Assembly: GCA_965247095.1 (NCBI GenBank)
Contig: OZ251997.1
Location: forward strand, 768,001 to 832,000
Origin: Candidatus Multivorans sp.
GTDB lineage: Bacteria > Acidobacteriota > Thermoanaerobaculia > Multivoradales > Multivoraceae
Length of the DNA stretch: 64,000 bases
Direction: 5' to 3'
The position numbers were made by a program, and so were the translations under genes. The notes beneath the pieces are model-generated. The model was not told where the DNA came from. It saw nothing but the letters and a program-made list of their open reading frames with translations, and ran no database searches. Of this stretch, positions 21,176-30,665 are shown piece by piece. Each line of letters begins with the position of its first letter. Position 1 is the first letter of the stretch.

Positions 21176-21652
21176 TCAGGCGATGCCGAAGAAGGAGCGG
21201 GCGCGCTCCAGCACGCCCGCGTCGACCTCGTCGTAGCCATGGTCGAGAGCGAACTTCTCGATTCCGGCGACCGCCGAAGTGCGCACGATGTCGGGGATGT
21301 TCGCCAGCCGTTCGCGGGCCTCGGCGGTCCAGGGGATGCCTCCCGATTCACCGTTGCCGGTAACGCTTGGGCTGCCAACTTCGTCTTCGGACTGGGTAGT
21401 CGGCATGCCCATCTCGGCCAGCATGCCGGTAAAGGGACACTTCGAGGATGTCGCCCCGGCCTCCGTGCCGGTCTCGGGGCCGATCCGCACGCCGAGGGCG
21501 CCGACCACCTGGGTCTCGTGGGGATTGGTCATCATCGCCATCTCGGCAGAGCAGGTGGGACAGGCATAGACCAGGGCGACGGAACCGCCATCGGGGCCCA
21601 GGGCGTGCTTCAGCTTCATCTGCTCGTCGCAGGGTACGCAGAGGAATTTCAT
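21176..21652 (-). CDS. Zn-ribbon plus PCP_red-like domain protein
   Basis: CVPC...CPTC, KCPF, WTAEARERLANIPDIVR. Confidence 0.85.
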   Translation of the reverse strand: MKFLCVPCDEQMKLKHALGPDGGSVALVYACPTCSAEMAMMTNPHETQVVGALGVRIGPETGTEAGATSSKCPFTGMLAEMGMPTTQSEDEVGSPSVTGNGESGGIPWTAEARERLANIPDIVRTSAVAGIEKFALDHGYDEVDAGVLERARSFFGIA

Positions 21653-21674
21653 CCTTGGTCTCAGTCGGCGGAAA

Positions 21675-22547
21675 TCAGGTCGTCTTGGCGAGGCAGTTCA
21701 GGATCGAAGCCGCGGCCTCGTCGATCGCGCGGAGGACCGGTCCTGGGGCCAAGTCCGCTTCACCGGCATCGGAGGCCGCAGCCAGTCGCGGGTCGAACGG
21801 TACCTTAGCCAGGCAGGGGAGTCCAAGCGCGGGCGCTTCGCCGGCCGCGCCATCGAACAGGGGGCGGACCCCGTCGCAGGTTCCGCAGTAGTAGCCGCTC
21901 ATGTTTTCGATGTACCCGAGCACCTCGTTCGGCGTCGTGCCGAGCGCCGCCGCCGAGCGCGCAACGACCCCGCGTGCCAGCGCGGCAGGAATCGTGACGA
22001 GCACGAAGCGCGCGGCCGGTCCAAGGACCTCGGCGTACTGCAGGGTACGCTCGGCGCCGGGCGGCAGGTCGACCAGGAGAAAATCGAGACGACCCCAGTC
22101 CACCAGGCCGAGCAACTGCTGGAACAGGTTGAACTCGCGGGTTGCGCGCCAGACGTGGGAGTCGCCCTTCGCGACGCTCTCGAACTCGAGGTGCTCCGAT
22201 TCGGGCACCATGGAGCCCACCGACACCACTCCGAGGCCATGAGGCGTGCGGGGCAGGGCCATGCCCCGATCGCCAGGCAGCAGCGGAACGTGTTCCAGTC
22301 CGGCCAGCCGGGCCTGGCAGGGTCCGTTCAGGTCGGCATCGAGGATCGCGCATTGGAGTCCCGCGCGCCCGAGCGCCAGAGCGAGCTGCATGGTCAGGGT
22401 GCTCTTGCCGACGCCTCCCTTGCCCGAACCGATGGCGACCACATGGTCGATGCCGGCCGTGGCCTCGGCGATGCGCTCCCGCTGCTGGAGAACCTGCCCG
22501 AGAACGTCGGAACCGCCGTCTCCGGCGACGTCGAAGTAGGTCCTCAT
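21675..22547 (-). CDS. Mrp/NBP35 family P-loop ATPase
   Basis: GSGKGGVGKST, LDADLNGP, VDLPPG, IENMSGYYCGTC. Confidence 0.9.
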   Translation of the reverse strand: MRTYFDVAGDGGSDVLGQVLQQRERIAEATAGIDHVVAIGSGKGGVGKSTLTMQLALALGRAGLQCAILDADLNGPCQARLAGLEHVPLLPGDRGMALPRTPHGLGVVSVGSMVPESEHLEFESVAKGDSHVWRATREFNLFQQLLGLVDWGRLDFLLVDLPPGAERTLQYAEVLGPAARFVLVTIPAALARGVVARSAAALGTTPNEVLGYIENMSGYYCGTCDGVRPLFDGAAGEAPALGLPCLAKVPFDPRLAAASDAGEADLAPGPVLRAIDEAAASILNCLAKTT

Positions 22548-23392
22548 GGCCGGCGGACGCGGTCGAGAAGGCCGGTTCGTCTCGCCAAAGAGCTTGCCTC
22601 GGCGCGCAGCCGCCCACGGAGGTCGAGTTCCGGAAAGGCGGCGCGCTGAAAGATGAGCCCATCGTTCACGATCCAGGGGCGGCTGCGACCGAAGGCGTGA
22701 CGATGTCTCTTCATGTAGACGAGTTCGAAACCGTTCTTCGCAAGCAGGCCGACCAGCTCCAGAGGACGGATACCAAACTGCCAGTACCAATGGTTGTCCC
22801 GCTCCAGCCGTCCGTCCTCGTCGCGGTGGTCATGCTTGTCAAACCACGCCTCCAGCCTGGCGCGCGTGTTCCAATGGTCTTCCCAAACGTAGACATTCTT
22901 GTAGTACCAGTCCAGGCCGCGATCGACAAACCGTATGGTCCGTGCAGTCTTCAACCAGTTCTGATTGAAGACAATCAGAACGTCGGTATGCGGCAGCCAG
23001 TTCAGCAGGAACCTGTCCCAGTCCGGCTTGACCTGATGCAGCAGGATGTCGTACATGATGAGGGCATCGACCTCACCTACCGCGTCGAGCGCCTGCTGTG
23101 AGCCGAGCATCGCCTCGACGAGCTCCACTCTGGGATGTTCCTTCGCGCGCTCCTGGGTCAGAGGAGTCAGGTTGCCGTCGACGATCACCGCTCTCCCGAG
23201 CTCGTTTCCGCAGAGTTCGGCGGCGTGGAACGTGTAGGCGCCGTCGACGCCCCAGCAGGCGCCAAGGTCGGCGAAGGACCGGAAGTCGGTGAGCTCGTAG
23301 GCCGTCTCGAGCAGCTCGAGTTTCTCCGGTTTTGGCTGAACCTCGGACTGCGCTCCGACTGGCATTTCTTCGGAGCTGAGGCGGGCGAACAT
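22544..23392 (-). CDS. Putative class I SAM-dependent methyltransferase-like protein
   Basis: SFADLGACWG motif I-like, DALIMYDILLHQ; stop overlaps the Mrp ATG. Confidence 0.6.
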   Translation of the reverse strand: MFARLSSEEMPVGAQSEVQPKPEKLELLETAYELTDFRSFADLGACWGVDGAYTFHAAELCGNELGRAVIVDGNLTPLTQERAKEHPRVELVEAMLGSQQALDAVGEVDALIMYDILLHQVKPDWDRFLLNWLPHTDVLIVFNQNWLKTARTIRFVDRGLDWYYKNVYVWEDHWNTRARLEAWFDKHDHRDEDGRLERDNHWYWQFGIRPLELVGLLAKNGFELVYMKRHRHAFGRSRPWIVNDGLIFQRAAFPELDLRGRLRAEASSLARRTGLLDRVRRP

Positions 23393-23428
23393 GGGGGCAG
23401 CCTAACAGGGGGAGGCGACGCTAGCTGG

Positions 23429-24394
23429 TCACGACCGAGCGGCGTCACTTTCGTATCGAAGGGTCTTCCGCGCCGCCTGGAAGCCGCAGTCTTCGAGCCG
23501 ATCCGCCAGTGGTTCGCGGCGGTGCACCCGCGGCAGGTAGAGCGGTCGTTTGCAATCGTTGGCGGCGAAGGCGAGGAGCGGCCCAAGAAGAGCCGGCACC
23601 GGCCGCTTGCCGCCGATCGCGAGGATCTCGCAGGGTGTGGAGCCGGCGGGCAGGCCGGCGGCCGATCTGGAAACCGGCGGCCGGGCGATGAACGGCAGGG
23701 GGTCGTCGGCGTCCTGGGCGCTTCGATAGAGGAGATAGGCCTCGAAGCCGCGGTCGGTGGCGATGCCGACGCCCAGTGCTCGCTCGCGCAGGTTGCGGAT
23801 CGTCTGGGCGGAGCGCTGCCAGCAACGATTCAGTTCCGAGGCATCGGCGAACTCGGCACTGGCTGTGATCTCCGACGGGGCAACAGTCCCGACCAGGTCG
23901 AGGAAGGGGCCGGCCGCGGGCCTCGCGGACTGCTGGATGTAGTCGATGAGGGTTTCTGCTTCGGCGAAACCGCAGGCCCTGAGGAAACGGTGGGCGGCAA
24001 CGGCCTCCGCCGGGACTTCGACGAGCATGCGGGTCGGCTCGAGGATCGCCATCTTCTGGCTGAGCGAAGTCATCATGTGGCGGGCATGGCCCTGCCGGCG
24101 GTGGTCCGGGTGGACCGCAACGTGGAGCACGAGGCTGGCCGTGGGCTCTCGCTTCGCCGCGATCAGCACGCCGATCGGGTCGCTGCCCGCGAACGCGACC
24201 ATGCAACTGCTGGTCCAGAGGTTGATCTCCCTGGAGAGCCGCTTCATGTGGTCGACTGTGAGCCGCCACGGGACGGCGCCGGGTCCCACGTTGCAGCGGT
24301 GGAACGCCTCGACGATCAGGGGCACGTCGTCAGAGCGGCAGAAGCGGTACGCAGGCACCGGCCTACTCGGTCCGCGGGCCGGCAGGCGCCCCAA
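23429..24394 (-). CDS. GNAT family N-acetyltransferase (start may be GTG 24358)
   Basis: VAVHPDHRRQGHA acetyl-CoA motif, FLRACGF. Confidence 0.82.
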   Translation of the reverse strand: MGRLPARGPSRPVPAYRFCRSDDVPLIVEAFHRCNVGPGAVPWRLTVDHMKRLSREINLWTSSCMVAFAGSDPIGVLIAAKREPTASLVLHVAVHPDHRRQGHARHMMTSLSQKMAILEPTRMLVEVPAEAVAAHRFLRACGFAEAETLIDYIQQSARPAAGPFLDLVGTVAPSEITASAEFADASELNRCWQRSAQTIRNLRERALGVGIATDRGFEAYLLYRSAQDADDPLPFIARPPVSRSAAGLPAGSTPCEILAIGGKRPVPALLGPLLAFAANDCKRPLYLPRVHRREPLADRLEDCGFQAARKTLRYESDAARS

Positions 24395-25733
24395 GCGCGG
24401 CCGGAGCGGGGGGCGCGCCGGTCGGCGCCTGCTCCGGCAGGCGCAGCAGCGCGAGGATCAGCATGGCGGAAACGTACATGGAGATGAAGACGGTGAAGGC
24501 GAGGTCGTAGCTCCCGAAGCGGTCGAAGACGTACCCCGCGAAGGGTACGCCGAGGATCTGGATCGGCAGAAGCATCGGGCTCATCAGACCCATGACCCGG
24601 CCGAACGATCGCCGTCCGAAGCAGGCGCCGATCAGCGTCCCCCAGAGGGGCATCATCCCGCCCATGCCGAGTCCGAAAACCGCCGCGGCGCCGATCAAGG
24701 CCGGGTAACTCTCGGCCCGGAGCAGGGCCGTTGTGCCGGTGGTCTGCAGACCGATCGCCAGCCACAACGCGCCGCGGCTGCTCAAACGATCGCCGATCCA
24801 ACCGAACACGACCTTGCCCAGCACGCCCATCGCGGCGATGGCGGAGAGGCTGAAAGCGGCCCGGATCGGTGCGAAACCCAGGTCCGTGGCGTGGGCGATG
24901 ATGTGGGTGAGAATCGCCGAGTTGGAGCAGAAGTTCATCGACACCACCAGGGCGATGACCCAGAAGTTGCGGTTGGCGAGGGGCTCGACCCAGTCGAGGC
25001 GCCGGCGCCTCGGCGGCGCGCCGGCGAACGTCGGGGCCGGCGCGACCGGTTCGACTCCGGCCGGGCCTTCACCCGGGGCAGGGGTCGGGGTCCATTCCGG
25101 CGCCATGGAGGTCGCGTCTCCGTCGGGGTGCAGGCCGATGTCCTCCGGCCGGTCGACGACCCAGCGGCGCACCGCCGGCAGCACGAACAGCAGGGTCAGC
25201 GCGCCGTAGAGCACGAACGTGCCACGCCAGCCGATCAGCCCGATCAGCCGGGTGGCGACGGGCGCCATGACGACGCCGGACAGGGAGATGCCCATCGTGG
25301 CTATGCCCAGAGCCATGGAGCGCCGGCGAACGAACCAATTGGCGACCAGGGTCGACGCGGTCACGCCTCCGACCAGGGCGGCCCCCAGGGCCAGGAAGGT
25401 GCCGAGGACGAGGTAGAACTGGACCAGGTTCTGGACCGTGGCGGTCAGCAGGAGTCCGGTCGCCAGCAGCCAGACGCCGGCCGTCATCGTCCGCTTGGCG
25501 TGGCCGTGGTCCAGGGCGTGCCCCAGGAAGGGCGCGACCAGGCCGTTGGTGATGCCGAAGACGGCGAGGCCGATGCCGACGCCCGTTCGCCCGCCGCCGA
25601 ACTCGGCTGTCAGGGCGACGAAGAAGACGCCGAAGGAGTAGAAGCCGAAGCCGACCGAGACGAAGAGCGACAGGAAGCAGACGCCGATGATCTTCCAGCC
25701 GTGGAAGACCGCGCTGGCGGGAGGGGGCCGCAA
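24363..25733 (-). CDS. MFS transporter (OFA/MCT-like)
   Basis: FHGWKII, YSFGVFF, NWFVRRRSMALGI, GWIGDR; about 12 TM. Confidence 0.9.
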   Translation of the reverse strand: MRPPPASAVFHGWKIIGVCFLSLFVSVGFGFYSFGVFFVALTAEFGGGRTGVGIGLAVFGITNGLVAPFLGHALDHGHAKRTMTAGVWLLATGLLLTATVQNLVQFYLVLGTFLALGAALVGGVTASTLVANWFVRRRSMALGIATMGISLSGVVMAPVATRLIGLIGWRGTFVLYGALTLLFVLPAVRRWVVDRPEDIGLHPDGDATSMAPEWTPTPAPGEGPAGVEPVAPAPTFAGAPPRRRRLDWVEPLANRNFWVIALVVSMNFCSNSAILTHIIAHATDLGFAPIRAAFSLSAIAAMGVLGKVVFGWIGDRLSSRGALWLAIGLQTTGTTALLRAESYPALIGAAAVFGLGMGGMMPLWGTLIGACFGRRSFGRVMGLMSPMLLPIQILGVPFAGYVFDRFGSYDLAFTVFISMYVSAMLILALLRLPEQAPTGAPPAPAALGAPAGPRTE

Positions 25734-25767
25734 GCTGCTAAGCCAGCAGGTCGTCCAGCCTGAGAAC

Positions 25768-27933
25768 TCAGGCTTCCGGTTCGCCGGCCTTGCGCTTCTC
25801 GTCGAGTGCCGACATCAGGCCGACCTCGTTCAGGTACGTGCCGGCCTTCGCGTCCTTGGCCGCCTCGACCTGTGCCTTGCTCGCGCCGGCTTCGGCGAGA
25901 GCGGAGAAGGGACACCGTCCGGCGGCTGTCGCGGCCTTCGTCTCGGCATCGGCGACCTCGGTCGCCTGGGTCCCTTCGCCCTTGCCGATCTCGTAGGCCG
26001 CGATCATCTGCTCCATCAGTTCGTGGCCCAGTTCGATGCCCTCTTCGACGGTCTTGATCCCGATCCGCGAGATGTGCTTCTCGCGGGCCACCAGCTCGAC
26101 GCGCTCCTGGGTCCGGTCCCGCATGAAGCCGGCGGGCACCCGGAGAATGCGGGAGGTGGCGTCGGCCGTCCACTCGTAGCTCGAGAGCAGCGGCACCCGA
26201 TCGCCGTCGCGGGCGATCAGCTTCCGCTCGTCGGATGCCGCTTCGGTGGCGCCGTTGTCGTTCGTTGCGGCCGCCTGCTCACGGGCCTCGATCGTCACCG
26301 GCTCGCCGGTCTCGTCCTCGATCTGCGCGCGGGCGAACTCGAAGGTGACGGTCGGCAGCTTGCTCATCCGCGCCTTCTTCTCGATCCGGGCCTTGGCGCG
26401 ACGGCGCCGGTACAGGTCCTCGATCGTCTTGAGGGCCAGACGGGCGTCCGCGGTCCACTTCAGCTTGCGGCCGTCGTAGGTCATCTCGACTTCCAGACCG
26501 CCTTCCATCTCGGCGATCCGTTCGAGCATCTCCTCGGTGATCTGCTCGAAGGACTTAGCTCCGCAGACGCCGCAGCGGACCGGATCCGGCTCGGCCGAGG
26601 TCACGCCGCACTTGCGGCAGATGAAGGTGGGCCGGCTGCGCGCGAGCTGCAGGCCGACCTGCTCGGCCAGCGCCTCCGTCTCGCGAGCGGTGTACTTGGG
26701 CATGTAGCGGTCCATCGCCTCGTCCAGCACGTCGCTCGAGATCACGCTGTGGCCCTGCTCGACCGCCAGCCGGTAGAGCGCGGTGCGGGCGATGCCGCGC
26801 ACCTGCTCGGGGACGCGCTTGAAACGCTCCTCGGCCTCGGGCGTCCAGCGGATGCTCTCCTCGGCCTTCACGTCGAGTTCCGGGTACTCGAGACGCGTGG
26901 TCAGCAGGAGGTCGCAGGGGCAGGAGCGGAGAAGGTTCTCGGCGTTGCTGCCGAGGCCGGTCTCGTTCTCGTCGCTGTGGACGCCGATGCGGCCGATGAC
27001 CAACATCCAGGGATCGATCTTGCGGGCGTGGTCGAGGACCTTCTGGAACGCTTTGCCGTCGAGCAGGGTCTTCGTCAACTCGACCCCGACCTCGGTCGCC
27101 ATCGTCTCGGCGACGTCCAGGTGGGACTGGTAGATCTGCGCCAGGCCGGTATCGATGATCTCTTCGTGGAGCTGGTTCTGCTCCTCGAAGCGGAAGACCT
27201 TCGCGGCCCGCTCGGTCAGCACGTTGACCACGCCCTTGAACACCGAGTAGTGCAGGTACGGGTCGTAGACCGAGATCGCCTCGACCTTCTTGCCGAACCG
27301 CTCGGCCAGGTCGATGGCGGTCATCAGAGCGCCGAAGGACTGGGGCGAGCCGTCGACGCCGACCAGGATCGTGTCGCGGCCGTCGGCCTCGGCTTCTGCG
27401 TGGTTGCCGTTGCCGTTGCCGTTGCTCCCCGAAACTCGGGCCGGCAGGCGCTTGATCACCAGCACGTCCTTGTCGGCGCTGCGGGCCACCCGCTCGCAGA
27501 CCGAGCCGATCTGCGTGTCGCGGACGCGGCCGATGCCCATCACGCCGAGCACCGTCAGGTCGTAGCCGGACTCGCGGATGTCGCGCACGATCTCGACGTG
27601 GTGCTTGCCGTCCATCATCTTCGGCTCGAACTCGAGGTCGGCTTCGTCGCAGACGGCCTTCATCGGCTCGAGGTAGCTCTCCGAGATGAGCTCCAGCCCC
27701 ATCGTGATCAGGGAGTCGTGGATCTTCCGCTGGCGGTCGAGTTCCGTCTCCTCGAGGTACTCCTCGGGCAGCGTGTACTCCATCTGCTTGAAGCGGTAGT
27801 CGTGCATGCTCGCCGCGTAGACGTGGCAGCCGACCATCCTGGAGTCGAACTTCCGGCCCAGTTCGACCGCGGAGGCGATTGCCTGGTTGGAGTAGTCCGA
27901 GTTGTCGAGCGGGACGTAGATCGTCTTGTACAT
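25768..27933 (-). CDS. Tandem universal stress protein fused to three PCP_red-like repeats and a Zn-ribbon
   Basis: IYVPLDNS and ILVGVDGS USP starts, IGSVCERV and LGSNAENL; WTPEA, WTADA, WTADA repeats; CRKC..CGVC. Confidence 0.9.
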   Translation of the reverse strand: MYKTIYVPLDNSDYSNQAIASAVELGRKFDSRMVGCHVYAASMHDYRFKQMEYTLPEEYLEETELDRQRKIHDSLITMGLELISESYLEPMKAVCDEADLEFEPKMMDGKHHVEIVRDIRESGYDLTVLGVMGIGRVRDTQIGSVCERVARSADKDVLVIKRLPARVSGSNGNGNGNHAEAEADGRDTILVGVDGSPQSFGALMTAIDLAERFGKKVEAISVYDPYLHYSVFKGVVNVLTERAAKVFRFEEQNQLHEEIIDTGLAQIYQSHLDVAETMATEVGVELTKTLLDGKAFQKVLDHARKIDPWMLVIGRIGVHSDENETGLGSNAENLLRSCPCDLLLTTRLEYPELDVKAEESIRWTPEAEERFKRVPEQVRGIARTALYRLAVEQGHSVISSDVLDEAMDRYMPKYTARETEALAEQVGLQLARSRPTFICRKCGVTSAEPDPVRCGVCGAKSFEQITEEMLERIAEMEGGLEVEMTYDGRKLKWTADARLALKTIEDLYRRRRAKARIEKKARMSKLPTVTFEFARAQIEDETGEPVTIEAREQAAATNDNGATEAASDERKLIARDGDRVPLLSSYEWTADATSRILRVPAGFMRDRTQERVELVAREKHISRIGIKTVEEGIELGHELMEQMIAAYEIGKGEGTQATEVADAETKAATAAGRCPFSALAEAGASKAQVEAAKDAKAGTYLNEVGLMSALDEKRKAGEPEA

Positions 27934-28004
27934 GGGGTTTCTCTTCTTTTGACGGAGTGTCGGTTCCGAGAGAGGAGGCTATCGATGCCTGAATGGGGCT
28001 GCGG

Positions 28005-29816
28005 TCAGACGGCGGGGGCCTCGGTACCCGCGAGGGCGGTCTCCTCGCCGGCCGATGCCTGGTTCGCGCGGCGGCGGACCAGGAACACGACGAGCAATTC
28101 GATCACGAGCACGATGAAGGCGGCGCGCAGCACCGGGATGGTCGCTGCCTGCTTCACGGTGGGTTCGGTGTAGACGTAGAACCAGGACGACACGGCGCGC
28201 TTGTTGCCGCGTTCCCGGTTGAAACCGTCCCAGACGCTGAAGGCGATCGGCGTGTACTGCTGCTCGGCGAAGCTGACGCCGGCGCGTGACGCGCGGCGGC
28301 GCCTATAAGTCACGGTCCACTCGCCCTGGTCGTAGGAGGTCACGGCCTCGACGATATCCGCCTCGGTCGGCTCGACCGCGTCGCTGCCGCGGCCCCGGAA
28401 GGTGTCCGCAACGCCATAGGTCAGGTTGACGAACCAGAGGTCGACCGGGTTCGAGCTGTCGCCGAACAGGAAGTACGGCTTGAGCTGGGGCGTCTTCTCG
28501 GGCGCGAGCGAGGCCGGGAACTGGAGCGCCACCGCATCCGAGAACTCGGCGCCGTCGCCGCCGGTATCGCCGCCACCGCCGAAGAAGTCGTCGTCCGTGC
28601 CGAAGAAGTCGTCGGCGCTGTCGTCGACGGTCTCGACGCCGAAGAACCCGGCATCGTCCTCGGGCGCCACCTCTTCGATGCCGAAGAAGCCTGCGTCGTC
28701 CTCGGGCTCCTCCTCGACGCCGAAGAAGCCGCCGTCTTCGCCTCCGTCACTGTCTCCCGAGTCGATGTCGTTGTCCTCGTCCCACATCGGTACGTCCAGC
28801 GAGGGGTTGTTCCTGCCGGTGTTGTCGGCGCGCAGGTCGTTCCAGCGCACCCGGAAGGCGATCTCGCCGCGGTTGTAGACGGCCTGAGCCTCGATCGAGG
28901 TCACGGACGGATAGAAGTTGCGACCCGGTTCGGTGATCTGGCCGACCAGGGGGAAGCGGGTCATCGGCGCGGTCTCGAACAGGGCGTCGAGCGCTTCCGC
29001 GTCCTGCAGGTCGATCGCCTCCTCGGTCCATGCGGCGGTGATCAGGGTGCCGTAGCCGGGGTCGTCGCCGTCGCCCAGGGAGTACACGTAGTTCACCAGG
29101 TGCTGCCGGTCCTCTTCTTCCAGCGAGTCGGCGTACGACGGCATCGGGGTGCCGTTCAGCCCGGTGGAGAAGGTGCGGTAGATGTCCTCCTTGGTCGCGC
29201 CGCCGCGGAAGGTCCAGCGCTGGGTCAGATCGGCGGCCTTGATCAGGTCGTTCTTGTCGTTGACCAGGGTCGGCGCCGAGTTTCCGTCGCCGCGGCCGAC
29301 CTCGCCGTGACAGGCGGCGCAGCCCTGCTCCTCGTACAGCAGCCGGCCGCGGGCGATGGACTCCTCGGTCGACTCGAGCGGCCGGGGGATGTCGATGGGC
29401 TCGCCGTAGCGGTCGGGATTCTCGAAGTCGGGCGAGAAGGACTTGATGTAGTAGATGACGTTCTGGACCTCCGCGTTCGTCAGGTCCGGCCAGCCCGGCA
29501 TCGACGTGTAGGGGAGGCCGGTCTCGATCACGCGGCGCAGGTCGTCGTCCGTGGGAAGCATCCCGTTCGGCGTGGCGCGGAACTTGTACTTGCCGGACGT
29601 GAAGTCGCGCGGCTTGGGCTTGACGCGCAGGGTGGCGTAACCGTTGCCGTCGCCGGCATCGCCGTGGCACTGGCCGCAGTACGTGTCGTAGACCACCTTG
29701 CCGGCCGCCCGCTGTTCCTCGGCGCCGAGGTCGACCTGGGCGGCCAGGGGCGCGACCAGCAGGACGGCGCCGACCCCTACGGCCGGTACGGACGCGAGAA
29801 TGTGACGCACGGACAT
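28005..29816 (-). CDS. Diheme c cytochrome fused to an EbdC/DOMON-like heme-b domain, C-terminal TM anchor
   Basis: CGQCH and CAACH, KPRDFT and TPMPS motifs, FSDAVALQFP..PYFLFGD..AFSVWDG. Confidence 0.85.
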   Translation of the reverse strand: MSVRHILASVPAVGVGAVLLVAPLAAQVDLGAEEQRAAGKVVYDTYCGQCHGDAGDGNGYATLRVKPKPRDFTSGKYKFRATPNGMLPTDDDLRRVIETGLPYTSMPGWPDLTNAEVQNVIYYIKSFSPDFENPDRYGEPIDIPRPLESTEESIARGRLLYEEQGCAACHGEVGRGDGNSAPTLVNDKNDLIKAADLTQRWTFRGGATKEDIYRTFSTGLNGTPMPSYADSLEEEDRQHLVNYVYSLGDGDDPGYGTLITAAWTEEAIDLQDAEALDALFETAPMTRFPLVGQITEPGRNFYPSVTSIEAQAVYNRGEIAFRVRWNDLRADNTGRNNPSLDVPMWDEDNDIDSGDSDGGEDGGFFGVEEEPEDDAGFFGIEEVAPEDDAGFFGVETVDDSADDFFGTDDDFFGGGGDTGGDGAEFSDAVALQFPASLAPEKTPQLKPYFLFGDSSNPVDLWFVNLTYGVADTFRGRGSDAVEPTEADIVEAVTSYDQGEWTVTYRRRRASRAGVSFAEQQYTPIAFSVWDGFNRERGNKRAVSSWFYVYTEPTVKQAATIPVLRAAFIVLVIELLVVFLVRRRANQASAGEETALAGTEAPAV

Positions 29817-30634
29817 CAGTGCTGCCCCAGAGCGCGCGGCTCGTAGCCGTTGAAGTCGTAGATGAACAGGTTGACGTCCCACATCTCCTCGGTGGTGAGA
29901 AACTTCTCCCACGCCGGCATGGCGCTGTCCCAGGGGGTGCCCGCCGCAGGCAGACCGGGTCCGCCCATGGCGATCCGCCAGTGGACGAAGGAGGACTGCA
30001 GGATCGGCAGCGTGCCGACATCGTTGAAGTTGCTGGGCGCCGGGTTCAGGCCGTGGGCGAACATGCCGTCGCCGCCCATGCCGTCGCCGTGGCACCAGAA
30101 GCAGTTCTCGTAGTAGACGCGACGGCCGTTCTCCAGGTGCTCCTCGTACGCCTCCGGGTCGTCTTCGTGAAGGTGGGTGTACGGGTTGTCGGCGGTCGCC
30201 ATGTCGATCGTCTCGTCGTGGACCGTGATCTCCGTTGGCGGCGCCGGATGCACCTCGCGCCCGAATCCGGGCGCCTCGAGCGGTACGTTCATGTCCGCGT
30301 AGACGTTGTAGGCGGCCAGGGCGGGCAGCGCCACGAGTACCGCGGCCAGAAGCGGCCGGCGCCGTGGTTCAAGGATGAGCCGCTTGATCGGTACTGTGGT
30401 CTCGGACAGGCGCTCGCGGCTCGACGAGGCGTAGCAGACCAGAGCGAGCGTCGCGATCCCCAGGTAGATCGTCGCCACCGACTGCGGGATCGGTACGGCG
30501 AAGCCGAACTTGAAGAAGGCCCAGAGCGCGATCCAACTGAAGAGCAGCCAGGCGAGTGTGTTGGCCCGGCGCCAGGCCAGCACGCCGGCGACCGCGGCCA
30601 GGGCAAGAAGAACCGGTAGGTTGAGTCCCATCAT
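29816..30634 (-). CDS. Membrane-anchored monoheme cytochrome c
   Basis: Several N-terminal TMs, CFWCH, WDSAMPAW. Confidence 0.88.
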   Translation of the reverse strand: MMGLNLPVLLALAAVAGVLAWRRANTLAWLLFSWIALWAFFKFGFAVPIPQSVATIYLGIATLALVCYASSSRERLSETTVPIKRLILEPRRRPLLAAVLVALPALAAYNVYADMNVPLEAPGFGREVHPAPPTEITVHDETIDMATADNPYTHLHEDDPEAYEEHLENGRRVYYENCFWCHGDGMGGDGMFAHGLNPAPSNFNDVGTLPILQSSFVHWRIAMGGPGLPAAGTPWDSAMPAWEKFLTTEEMWDVNLFIYDFNGYEPRALGQH

Positions 30635-30665
30635 GATTGAGTCGGTTCCGTGAAGGTTCGGGGGC

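Noticed and set aside
19784-27933. Chlorophyll biosynthesis inferred from PCP_red-like domains
   Set aside because: Only the small C-terminal domain is present; no BchL/N/B catalytic subunits or photosynthesis genes.
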